Source: an uncultured Clostridia bacterium (GTDB taxonomy: Bacteria > Bacillota > Clostridia > TANB77 > CAG-508). Taken from it: a DNA stretch of 64,000 nucleotides. The stretch lies in assembly GCA_944389225.1 (NCBI GenBank), contig CALXLP010000002.1:30658-94657 (forward strand), in the 5' to 3' direction. Numbering within the stretch: the first letter of the stretch is position 1; each line of letters begins with the position of its first letter. The notes under the pieces were generated by a model, which saw nothing but the letters and a program-made list of their open reading frames with translations, was not told the DNA's origin and made no database searches. Shown in pieces: positions 29,784-39,416 of this stretch. A program made the translations under genes and the position numbers.

Positions 29784-31916
29784 TTATCTTAAAGATTGAT
29801 TATAATTTACAGCACTCATATCTTCTTGTACTTCTTGTGTATTCATTCCAAAATATTCTTCCATAATTTCTACTACTGCCTCTGCTGTATAGTTACCATG
29901 TCCACCATTTTCTACCATAACCACTACTGCGATTTCTGGATCATCATATGGTGCAAAACCTGCAAACCATGCATTAACAATCTCATTTCCATCATCATCA
30001 TAGGATTCAGCAGAACCTGTTTTTCCTCCTACTGCAATTCCAAAATCCTGGAATCTAGAATATGCTGTTCCTGTTTCATCGGTTGTAACAGAACGCATTC
30101 CTTCTAATACAGCATTCATTGTTTCTTGACTAATGGTTATATCTTCGCCCTCTTCATTTACCAATCCTAATTTTTGATTAACAAAATTATTAATTTCATC
30201 TCTTGATGCTTCTGTTCCATCTGGTTTAATAATGCTCTTTACAATTGTTACATCTATATCATTTCCACCATTTGCTAGCATACTAATATATTTTGCCATT
30301 TGTAGAGGACTAAAATTATCTAATCCTTGTCCTATAGAAGCATTAATGGTTTGTCCTTTTGTCCATGTAACACCTACTGTTTCAGCATATTCTGGTGTTG
30401 CCATTGCTCCAGATGCCTCACTTGGCAACTCTACTCCTGTTTTTTGTCCTAACCCAAAATATCTCGCATATTTAGCAAGTGTTTCAATGCCCATTCTATC
30501 TCCTGTTTCATAGAAGAAATAATTGCATGATCTCTCAATTGCCTGTGATACATTTAAATATCCATGTCCTCGATGATAATCTGTATAATACCAACATGGC
30601 CATGTTTCTCCATATTTTGAATATATTCCTGTATCATTTATTTTTTCTGTTGTTGTAATAACTCCTGATTCTAACCCAGCAATTGCTGTTACCATCTTAA
30701 AAATAGAACCTGGTTCATATGAATTTTGTACAGCCTTATTCATTAATGGTTTAGCAGAATCTGTATTATATTGATTCCATTTTTCTGTACTAATACCTCC
30801 TACAAAATCTGCTGGATCATAATTTGGGTAACTTGCCATTGCTAAAATTTCACCTGTTTTCACATTCATCACTACACAACTACCAGCATTTGTTTTATAA
30901 GCTCTTCCAAATCCTCCTGAATTGATTTTTTGGATATTAGCTTCTAAAGCCTGTTCTGTAACCTGTTGCAAATTTGAATCTATTGTCAATACAACATCAC
31001 TTCCGGCAACTGCTTCTTCTGATGTATATTCAGATGTTATTGTTCCATCAACAGCCATATCAATTTGTTTTGTTCCATCTTTTCCTTTTAGATATTCTTC
31101 AAATACATATTCAATTCCTGTTTTTCCTATAATATCATTTTGGTCATAAGTATCTTTTCTCGTTGCATACTCTTCAGCACTAATTGTTGAAGCATAACCC
31201 AAAATATGAGATGCAAGTGTTCCTGAAGTATATTCTCTTACAGGTTCTGTTACAATATTAATTCCCGGAAATTTTTCACTACTTTCTGAAAATTCCGCCA
31301 CTGCTTCTCTTGGAATATCATCTGCGATTGTTAAAGCTCTTGTACTACTATATCCTGTTGTCGTTATTTCATATCGTATAGCTATAATTTTTCTAATCTC
31401 TGCTATATCTGTATTTTTTATTTCATATCGATCTTTAAAATCATAAAAAGCTTCTTCGGCAGATGCATTTTCATCTAACTTATATGTTTCTTTCCAATCT
31501 GCTAATGTTTCATCACTAATTGTAAATTGGAAAGGATCTATTGATATTGGAAAAGAATCTACATATTCTACTTGATATTTTTCCAATAAATTTACAATAT
31601 TTAAAATAGAATTATTTAACTCATTATCATCAATTTTTGTTTTATATAATTCCACACCAAACTTTGTTGAATTGGTAACTAGTGATGTTCCTGTTCTATC
31701 TAAAATTTCTCCTCTTGCAGCCTCTAGTGTTGTTTCTCTGGTAAGTCTCGTATTAGATTCTTCTCTATATTCTGCTCCATGTACAATCTGTAAATTAAAT
31801 AATTGAATAATTAAAACAATACCAATGATATATGTAAGCACAGTTAAAATATTAAATCTCAAATTTAAATTACTTCTCGTCTTTTTCTTCGTTTTTTTAA
31901 AGTTTAACCCTTTCAA
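29784..31916 (-). CDS. mrdA: Penicillin-binding protein 2 (elongation transpeptidase)
   Basis: 710 aa with a TTG start and an N-terminal TM. It carries the SxxK (SIFK), SxN (SCN) and KTG (KTGSAE) motifs. Its position directly after mreBCD supports the call. Confidence 0.85.
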   Translation of the reverse strand: MKGLNFKKTKKKTRSNLNLRFNILTVLTYIIGIVLIIQLFNLQIVHGAEYREESNTRLTRETTLEAARGEILDRTGTSLVTNSTKFGVELYKTKIDDNELNNSILNIVNLLEKYQVEYVDSFPISIDPFQFTISDETLADWKETYKLDENASAEEAFYDFKDRYEIKNTDIAEIRKIIAIRYEITTTGYSSTRALTIADDIPREAVAEFSESSEKFPGINIVTEPVREYTSGTLASHILGYASTISAEEYATRKDTYDQNDIIGKTGIEYVFEEYLKGKDGTKQIDMAVDGTITSEYTSEEAVAGSDVVLTIDSNLQQVTEQALEANIQKINSGGFGRAYKTNAGSCVVMNVKTGEILAMASYPNYDPADFVGGISTEKWNQYNTDSAKPLMNKAVQNSYEPGSIFKMVTAIAGLESGVITTTEKINDTGIYSKYGETWPCWYYTDYHRGHGYLNVSQAIERSCNYFFYETGDRMGIETLAKYARYFGLGQKTGVELPSEASGAMATPEYAETVGVTWTKGQTINASIGQGLDNFSPLQMAKYISMLANGGNDIDVTIVKSIIKPDGTEASRDEINNFVNQKLGLVNEEGEDITISQETMNAVLEGMRSVTTDETGTAYSRFQDFGIAVGGKTGSAESYDDDGNEIVNAWFAGFAPYDDPEIAVVVMVENGGHGNYTAEAVVEIMEEYFGMNTQEVQEDMSAVNYNQSLR

Positions 31917-31968
31917 GGCCTCACCTCTTCCTTGTTTCTAATAACGTATTTTTTAATAATTTTTTATT

Positions 31969-32103
31969 TAAGTTAAATTATCTTATTTTTCGATACCGCG
32001 TAAGCGACCAAACGAGCAAGGCGAGTGCGATTGGAGCAACCTACAATGATTTATTTCTTAGGTTGCGATACACAAGGTATAAAAAATAAGATAATTTAAC
32101 TTA
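31969..32103. repeat. 22-bp perfect inverted repeat (31969-31990 / 32082-32103) enclosing a 91-nt GC-rich core, between mreD and the PBP2 gene
   Basis: Direct reading: taagttaaattatcttattttt is the exact reverse complement of 32082-32103. The stem continues with atacc/ggtat, and an inner hairpin pairs gcaaccta (32036-32043) with taggttgc (32059-32066). Confidence 0.85.
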
Positions 32104-32112
32104 GATTAATCA

Positions 32113-32655
32113 TCAAAAATACCTTGTTAAAATTTTATTTCCCTTATATTCATTTTCAATGGCATATCCAAACTTTTGAATTAATGGATATAAAATAATA
32201 ACAATAATTAAATTATATATAATTTCAATAGCTAATATCTTAATAAAATTAATGATTTCTATATTGGTAGAAAATACAATATAATTCAATAAATAGACAA
32301 CAATTTCATATATCAATGTAGCCCCCAATACCATGAACATAATGGTTGCTCTACTATCTTTTGAAAAATTTTTGTCAAATGTAGCTGCTAAAAATCCAAT
32401 AATTCCTAAACCTACTGCATTTATCCCAATTTGTGTACCAATTACTAAATCTAAAATTGCACCAATGGTTACCCCATATACTACACCTGTTATTCTATTA
32501 GAGAATAATCCTATAAATAAAATAAATATAACGAACAAGTTAGGCATAACACCAGAGATTGTAAACCAATTAAAAAAATTTGCTTGTAAAAAATATATAA
32601 TAAACGCTGCCAATATAATTAATATATTCATTATAAATTTTTTCAAAGATTTCAC
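32113..32655 (-). CDS. mreD: Rod shape-determining protein MreD
   Basis: 180-aa polytopic membrane protein located immediately after mreC. Confidence 0.75.
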   Translation of the reverse strand: MKSLKKFIMNILIILAAFIIYFLQANFFNWFTISGVMPNLFVIFILFIGLFSNRITGVVYGVTIGAILDLVIGTQIGINAVGLGIIGFLAATFDKNFSKDSRATIMFMVLGATLIYEIVVYLLNYIVFSTNIEIINFIKILAIEIIYNLIIVIILYPLIQKFGYAIENEYKGNKILTRYF

Positions 32656-32659
32656 CTCT

Positions 32660-33475
32660 CTATTGATTTGTTATGACTAATACGGTATCTAGCTTATCAA
32701 AATCTACTGCCGTTTTTACAATTGCATATCTATCTGTTGCATTTTGTGTATTAACTACTTTTTCAATTGATCCTACATGAATTCCTTTTGGATAGATTCC
32801 CCCTAATCCAGAAGTTTCCACACTATCTCCTTGTATAATTCCATCATCATCTGGTATATACATTGCTTTCAAAGCAGATTCTTCTTCTAATGTACCCTTA
32901 CATACAATACTTTCATCTGTTGTACTTAGCAAACAACTAACAGAACTTGAAGTATCTACAATCGTCCTTACCTTTGCCGTATCACTTGTTACAGAAATAA
33001 CATGTCCTACTAATCCTTGGTCAGCAATTACTGTCATATTTTCTTTTATTCCATCATCACTTCCCACATTAATAACAATTGTTTTTGAATAATTACTAAT
33101 GTCTTTATTAATGATATATGCTGGTACTGTACTATATTCACCATATTTTTCTGTTAGTCCCAAATATTCTTTTAATGTTTCATTTTCAGATCTTATACTT
33201 TCCAATTCTCTTAATGATTGTTCTAATTCACTATTTCGTTGACTTAATTCTTCATTTTCTTGTTTCAAATTGTTGATATCTGTAAAAAATGTACTATTGC
33301 CACTAATTCCATTTTTTAAATAAGTTAATCCATTTTGTATTGGCATAACTAATTTACTTGCTACATTTTCAAGAAATGAAGTTTCACTATCTGCATTTGA
33401 AAATATAACGATCAATATTAAAATAATAATGGTTATAGCAATTCCTGCTATTTCTGCCTTTTTATTTTTATACAT
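32660..33475 (-). CDS. mreC: Rod shape-determining protein MreC
   Basis: 271 aa. An N-terminal TM and a coiled coil (NELEQSLRELESIRSENETLKEY) are followed by a beta-rich C-terminal domain with GLVGHV...GGIYPKGIHVG. Confidence 0.85.
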   Translation of the reverse strand: MYKNKKAEIAGIAITIIILILIVIFSNADSETSFLENVASKLVMPIQNGLTYLKNGISGNSTFFTDINNLKQENEELSQRNSELEQSLRELESIRSENETLKEYLGLTEKYGEYSTVPAYIINKDISNYSKTIVINVGSDDGIKENMTVIADQGLVGHVISVTSDTAKVRTIVDTSSSVSCLLSTTDESIVCKGTLEEESALKAMYIPDDDGIIQGDSVETSGLGGIYPKGIHVGSIEKVVNTQNATDRYAIVKTAVDFDKLDTVLVITNQ

Positions 33476-33492
33476 TTTCTACTCCCATCAAT

Positions 33493-34549
<1,057 letters not shown>

Positions 34550-35281
34550 TCATATTTCTCCATCTTTCGTTAATATTTTTGAAATAATACTTGTAAAGTT
34601 TCCATTTCCTATTACAATATGGTCTAACAATTCTATATCAAATAGTTGTGCCACTCCCAGAAGTCTTTGCGTTATTTGTACATCTGCTTTACTCGGTGTA
34701 GAATCACCACTTGGGTGATTATGAATTAAAATCATTTTTGGTGCTTGCATTTTTATTGGTTCTACTAAAATTTCCCTCATCGACATATTGACTGAATTGA
34801 TTCCACCTTGTGCTATCTTTTTGATTTTTATAATTTCGTTTTTATTATTTAAGATAATTAGTTTTACATGTTCTTGTTTTTCTAATCTCATTTCTTCCAT
34901 CAGTAATCTTGCAATATCCTCTGGCTTCTTAATCTTTATTTTTTGATAGTTTGATGGTGTTGTCATTCTTTTCGCCAGTTCGCCTACTGCCTTTAGTTGG
35001 AGTGCTTTTACTTTTCCAATTCCTTTTATATGCATCAATTCTTCTATTGTCATTTCTTTTAAAAAATCCAAATTATTTTTCGCATTTGGATTTATACTTA
35101 ATAACTTTTGAGCAATGGTTACTGAAGACTCCTCTTTTGTTCCTGTTTTTATAATAATTGCCAACAATTCTGCATTTGATAATGCACCTTCTCCATATAA
35201 CTCCATTTTTTCATATGGTCTTTCTGTTTCTGCTAATTGTTTTATTTTAATAGACAAAATATCCTTCCTTTCCTGATTCAT
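34550..35281 (-). CDS. radC: RadC-family (JAB/MPN) protein
   Basis: 243 aa. It has a helix-hairpin-helix IKGIGKVKALQLKA and the JAB motif LIHNHPSGDSTPSKAD. It sits upstream of mreB, as is usual. Confidence 0.85.
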   Translation of the reverse strand: MNQERKDILSIKIKQLAETERPYEKMELYGEGALSNAELLAIIIKTGTKEESSVTIAQKLLSINPNAKNNLDFLKEMTIEELMHIKGIGKVKALQLKAVGELAKRMTTPSNYQKIKIKKPEDIARLLMEEMRLEKQEHVKLIILNNKNEIIKIKKIAQGGINSVNMSMREILVEPIKMQAPKMILIHNHPSGDSTPSKADVQITQRLLGVAQLFDIELLDHIVIGNGNFTSIISKILTKDGEI

Positions 35282-35365
35282 ATTTTGCCCCTATTTTCCA
35301 CATTGTATAAAGAATCGTTTTTATCTTGGTTCTATATCGATTTTTATATACAAAAGGTTAAATTT

Positions 35366-35623
35366 TTATATCTTTTTATAAATCAATATAGCTAATAACA
35401 TTCCTATGATACTGGCTGCACTAATTCTGAACATTAATGCAAATGTGATTGTAACAACGCTTAAGTCTAACACGATTGGATCTTGTAATCCAAATGTTTG
35501 ACTATATGAAAGCCACCATAACCAATCTACATTAGATGCAAGTTGTCCTAATAATCCCCCTACTACTAAACCTGATAAAATAAACACTAATAATATCCAT
35601 ATATTTTTTTCTTTTGTTGCCAT
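35366..35623 (-). CDS. Small two-TM membrane protein (DUF4321-like)
   Basis: 85 aa, hydrophobic, in the usual clostridial position upstream of radC. The family assignment is from memory only. Confidence 0.5.
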   Translation of the reverse strand: MATKEKNIWILLVFILSGLVVGGLLGQLASNVDWLWWLSYSQTFGLQDPIVLDLSVVTITFALMFRISAASIIGMLLAILIYKKI

Positions 35624-35852
35624 TTCTTATACCTCCAAATTAGCCTTTACTTCTTACGGCTATTTATTTTTTCACATATTGGTATTATATATTGATTTAA
35701 CATTTTTTTCAAGTAAAAACCTTTACTTTTTTCATATTTATGTGGTATATTGTTTAATATTTAAAATTTTATTACCAAAAATTATCTATTTAAATATAAT
35801 AATAATAGTAGTATAATATACTTAATAGGTTTTAAGGAGGCTTTTATTATAT

Positions 35853-36485
35853 ATGAAAATTGAAAAATTGACTGAAAACAAGATTCGTGTCATTGTAAAT
35901 TCAGAAGATTTAAAAAATAACAATCTAGATTATCAAACCATTATGGAAAAACCAATAGAATCTCAAAAATTGTTTTTAGAAATGCTTTTAAAAGCAGAAA
36001 AAGAAGTTGGATTTTATACAGAAGGTTATAAACTTCTAGTAGAAGCTTTTTCTTCTTCTGATGGTCTTTTTGTATTTACAATTACAAAATATGTGGAAAA
36101 ACCTACACCCTCACCTAATAAATTAAAAGTGACACCAAAGAAGAAAGTTAAAAATGTAAATCCGAAAAGTACCACTTCTATTTATAAGTTTTCTAGTTTT
36201 GAAGAATTTTGCGAATTTTGCACTGCTATACATAATATAGCAAATTTCCAATCAAAACTATTAGCCAAGACAATTGCTTTATATTTATTTAATAATACAT
36301 ATTATCTTATACTTTCTAACATAAACACAGAATCTATATATATTCATACATTCTACTCAACCATTTCTGAATTTGCTAGCTTGACTTCTCATTCTGAAAC
36401 ATTCAAAATGAAATTATTAGAACATGGAAAAGCTATTATGAAACGAAATGCAATTGAAACTGGAATTAAATATTTCTTGTCATAA
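35853..36485 (+). CDS. mecA: Adaptor protein MecA
   Basis: 210 aa. The N terminus MKIEKLTENKIRVIV... and the C terminus YLFNNTYYLIL...LLEHGKAIMKRNAIETGIKYF parallel B. subtilis MecA. An RBS (aaggagg) is present. Confidence 0.8.
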   Translation: MKIEKLTENKIRVIVNSEDLKNNNLDYQTIMEKPIESQKLFLEMLLKAEKEVGFYTEGYKLLVEAFSSSDGLFVFTITKYVEKPTPSPNKLKVTPKKKVKNVNPKSTTSIYKFSSFEEFCEFCTAIHNIANFQSKLLAKTIALYLFNNTYYLILSNINTESIYIHTFYSTISEFASLTSHSETFKMKLLEHGKAIMKRNAIETGIKYFLS

Positions 36486-36542
36486 ACGACAATTAAAATA
36501 AGTGCTATAAATAGTGCATTTTATCGTCTTTTTCGACTAAAT

Positions 36543-36575
36543 AATCCACAGTTTGTTAGTAAACTGTGGATTTTT
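36543..36575 (+). terminator. Rho-independent terminator after mecA
   Basis: A perfect 12-bp stem, aatccacagttt / aaactgtggatt, with a 6-nt loop is followed by TTTTT. Confidence 0.8.
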
Positions 36576-36579
36576 CATA

Positions 36580-37590
36580 TTAATATACGTAATTTTGTGG
36601 ATTATATGCTACTCCATTGATTCTGACTTCTAAGTGTAAATGTGGTCCTGTTGAATTTCCTGTTGATCCTACGGCTGCAATTGTTTCGCCTTGTGAAACA
36701 GTTTGTCCGACTGATGCATATAATTTGCTACAATGTGCATAATAGGTTTGTACACCATTTCCATGAGAGATAACTAGCATATATCCATAAGAACCCTTCC
36801 ATCCAGCAAATGTAACTGTACCTGAAGCTGCAGCTTTGATAGCTGTTCCTTTTGGTGCTGATATATCTAATCCAGTATGTGCTGAACTTCTAATGCTACT
36901 TCTTGCTCCAAATCTAGAAGTAATCGTTCCTGAAATTGGTCTAATTAATGATATTCCTAATGCTGCTTTTCCACTTGATGTTGTTGTATTCGTATTGACA
37001 TATCCTGCTGAAGCTTTAGAAGAAGTATTTTGAGCCACTTTAACAGCAGTTTTCTTTTCTACATACAATTTAGATACAACTTCATCAACAGAAACCAAAT
37101 CTTTTATTCCTGTTTCATATTTTTCTAATATTGAAATTTTATCTATATTTTCACTATTTTTTTCTTTTAATGTATTTACAGCATTTTCAGCTTCTTCAAA
37201 TGAAGATACATAATACTTTTCTTCTTGATCTTCTAATATTGCATAATAGCGATAATATGGAATTCCTTGTTCTGTCACTTTATTATAGATTTCTTCGTCA
37301 TTTGTCACAATATTTCTTTTTAATAAGCATAATTTATATTCTGGCATATCATTTACTTGCACAAAAGCCACATTTTCATTTGTTCCATCACCATGGTCCA
37401 CATACTCGTTAATTCTATGTTGTAAATCTGATTTATTTGCTGTATATCCTACTTGTTGTCCATTTATATATACACTATATGTTGGTTTATATAAAAATGC
37501 AACTGCTCCAATAATTAAAAATATTGCAATCATAAAAAGAATTATGAGTTTTATTCCTCGTCTTGCATGAACCAATACCTTTTTAAACAT
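36580..37590 (-). CDS. Membrane-anchored M23 (LytM-type) peptidase
   Basis: 336 aa with an N-terminal TM. The C-terminal domain has AHTGLDISAP (HxxxD) and GNSTGPHLHLEV (HxH). Confidence 0.85.
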   Translation of the reverse strand: MFKKVLVHARRGIKLIILFMIAIFLIIGAVAFLYKPTYSVYINGQQVGYTANKSDLQHRINEYVDHGDGTNENVAFVQVNDMPEYKLCLLKRNIVTNDEEIYNKVTEQGIPYYRYYAILEDQEEKYYVSSFEEAENAVNTLKEKNSENIDKISILEKYETGIKDLVSVDEVVSKLYVEKKTAVKVAQNTSSKASAGYVNTNTTTSSGKAALGISLIRPISGTITSRFGARSSIRSSAHTGLDISAPKGTAIKAAASGTVTFAGWKGSYGYMLVISHGNGVQTYYAHCSKLYASVGQTVSQGETIAAVGSTGNSTGPHLHLEVRINGVAYNPQNYVY

Positions 37591-37743
37591 TACATTATCT
37601 CCTTTGTATATGATAATGTAATCATATTGTAATATTATTTTTTTTGCAAAGATACAAAAACTCTAATTTCCGTAAGTTTTTTTCTGTTTTTTTATAAATA
37701 CTTTATTTTTTTCATTTTTTCTCTTTTTTTCAAATCGTTTTTT

Positions 37744-37790
37744 GGGGACGTGTCAAAATGGACATTTTTTGTCCATTTTGGCACGTCCCT
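37744..37790. repeat. Full palindromic copy of the GGGGACGT...GGAC repeat (19-bp stem hairpin), 8 nt downstream of the CotF-like gene
   Basis: ggggacgtgtcaaaatggac tttttt gtccattttggcacgtccc, with a single T-G mismatch. Confidence 0.8.
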
Positions 37791-37797
37791 ATTGTCC

Positions 37798-38040
37798 CTA
37801 TTGTAATTCTGTCTTTACTGTATTCACTTCTGTTACAGTAGCTTTTTGTGCTGGAATATAATATCCTTTAGATTGTGCAATTTTAAAAAGTTCATATTGA
37901 AAACTTTCATCATTATTTCTGATTTGTTGGAAAGTTTGTCTTAATTGCATATTTTCAGCTTCTGATATAGCAGTTTGATATGCTGTTAAATCTGATTTAA
38001 CTCCAGCTAATATATCATTTACCATTGTTTTCTCGTCCAT
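37798..38040 (-). CDS. Spore coat protein, CotF-like domain
   Basis: 80 aa. MVNDILAGVKSDLTAYQTAISEAENMQLRQTFQQIRNNDESFQYELFKIAQSKGYY fits the Coat_F pattern. Confidence 0.7.
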   Translation of the reverse strand: MDEKTMVNDILAGVKSDLTAYQTAISEAENMQLRQTFQQIRNNDESFQYELFKIAQSKGYYIPAQKATVTEVNTVKTELQ

Positions 38041-38050
38041 AAAATCCTCC

Positions 38051-38239
38051 TTAATTATTTAAAAATGTCATTAATTTTTGTTTTGTATTTAAAGCATCTT
38101 GAGCAGATTTTATAAAAAGTTGTTTAATTTGTGGGTCTACTGCTTGTGAAGAGTATGTGTTTAATTTTTGATATGCTGTTTCATGTGCTCCAATAAGATG
38201 TCTTAAATGTTGTAATTCCATTTGATTTAAGTCTGCCAT
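38051..38239 (-). CDS. Small helical protein co-transcribed with the CotF-like gene (probably spore-coat associated)
   Basis: 62-aa ORF with an RBS, 10 nt upstream of the CotF-like gene. The function is inferred from context only. Confidence 0.45.
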   Translation of the reverse strand: MADLNQMELQHLRHLIGAHETAYQKLNTYSSQAVDPQIKQLFIKSAQDALNTKQKLMTFLNN

Positions 38240-38445
38240 TTTTAATCATTCCTTTCTTTTTGATTTCTTTTTTCATTATTTCCATTTTTATCAATTTTAT
38301 TCAAAAAATTTGAACTTTAGGGGCAATCTTTAAAGTTCACCTAGCTTCGCTTATTTCGATTTTTCTATAAAATAAAAATGAACCCTTTTTGTTAAACTTT
38401 TTGTCTAACATTTGGGTTCACTTCACTTTCTGATAATTTCTCATA

Positions 38446-39330
38446 TTATGGATTTTCTTCTATATGGATAGATTCTATTTTTCCATATTTATTATAAATC
38501 ATTTTCACATTATATGTTTTATCCGATTTAATTTCATAATATTGTTGAGGTAATTGTGTATTCTCTTTATTTAATGTTACTACTCCAGATATAGGAACTT
38601 GATAAAGTTCATCGTCAGTTCTACTAACATTCTTAGAAAGAACTAATTGAATTAAAGCACGGACTATAGAGCCTCTTACTTCTTCTCCTGCATATGGTGT
38701 AAATTGATTATTAAAAAATGTTAATTCATTAGAAGATATAGATATATTTCCTAAATATTTATCTTTATCTTTTTCTCGTAAATATTGTAAAATATCCGTA
38801 CAAGCAATCAATAGGATTCCCATGATAATTGCTATTGTAGTAATGACTTTTTTCTTTTCTTTTATTCTAAGTATAATAAATACTAATATAAAAACAATTG
38901 TTATTATTAGACCTATCTTTACTATTAAACCGATTATTCCTATTAAATCTGTTGTGCCTATTAAAAATACATTTTCAATTTCATCTAATTTTACTAAACT
39001 GATTATGATTATTAATATTGCAACGATTATATCAATCATTTTTTTGTTCAGATTGATTCTTTTCATTGTCTTTTCATTGGTATTTTGTTCTTTTCTAGCT
39101 ATTACTTTTAAAATGAAATATGAAAATATAGCAATCGGTAAAACAAATATTCCTATAAACATAATCACTAGAAAAATTTCTTTTATTAGATTTTCACTAC
39201 TAATAGGGTATCCAAAAGAAATATTTTGAAACCTTAATGCAAAATCAAGATCACCATAATATAAAACCATTTGCTGTTCCAATACTAGAAATACTATTAT
39301 TTTCAAAATTCTTCCTAAAATTTTTTTCAT
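38446..39330 (-). CDS. Hypothetical polytopic membrane protein with a soluble C-terminal domain
   Basis: 294 aa with several TM helices. No family recognised. Confidence 0.5.
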   Translation of the reverse strand: MKKILGRILKIIVFLVLEQQMVLYYGDLDFALRFQNISFGYPISSENLIKEIFLVIMFIGIFVLPIAIFSYFILKVIARKEQNTNEKTMKRINLNKKMIDIIVAILIIIISLVKLDEIENVFLIGTTDLIGIIGLIVKIGLIITIVFILVFIILRIKEKKKVITTIAIIMGILLIACTDILQYLREKDKDKYLGNISISSNELTFFNNQFTPYAGEEVRGSIVRALIQLVLSKNVSRTDDELYQVPISGVVTLNKENTQLPQQYYEIKSDKTYNVKMIYNKYGKIESIHIEENP

Positions 39331-39382
39331 ACTATTCCCCTTTTATTTTGACACTTTTTATTGCATAGATTTTGTTTCATCA

Positions 39383-39415
39383 ATGTCCCAAACAGAAACG
39401 TCCCCAAAAGGACAT
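39383..39415. repeat. Copy of the GGGGACGT...GGAC repeat (half-element variant), directly downstream of pcrA
   Basis: atgtcccaaacagaaacgtcccca matches 1721-1743 apart from one extra c. The flanking atgtcc...ggacat can pair. Confidence 0.7.
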
Positions 39416-39416
39416 T

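Noticed and set aside
31969-32103. Reading the arms of the 31969-32103 element (GTTAAAT ... ATTTAAC) as integron attC core sites.
   Set aside because: The order of the sites is reversed relative to attC (RYYYAAC ... GTTRRRY). The other two elements lack such cores. No integrase or cassette array is present. The match is expected by chance in AT-rich DNA.
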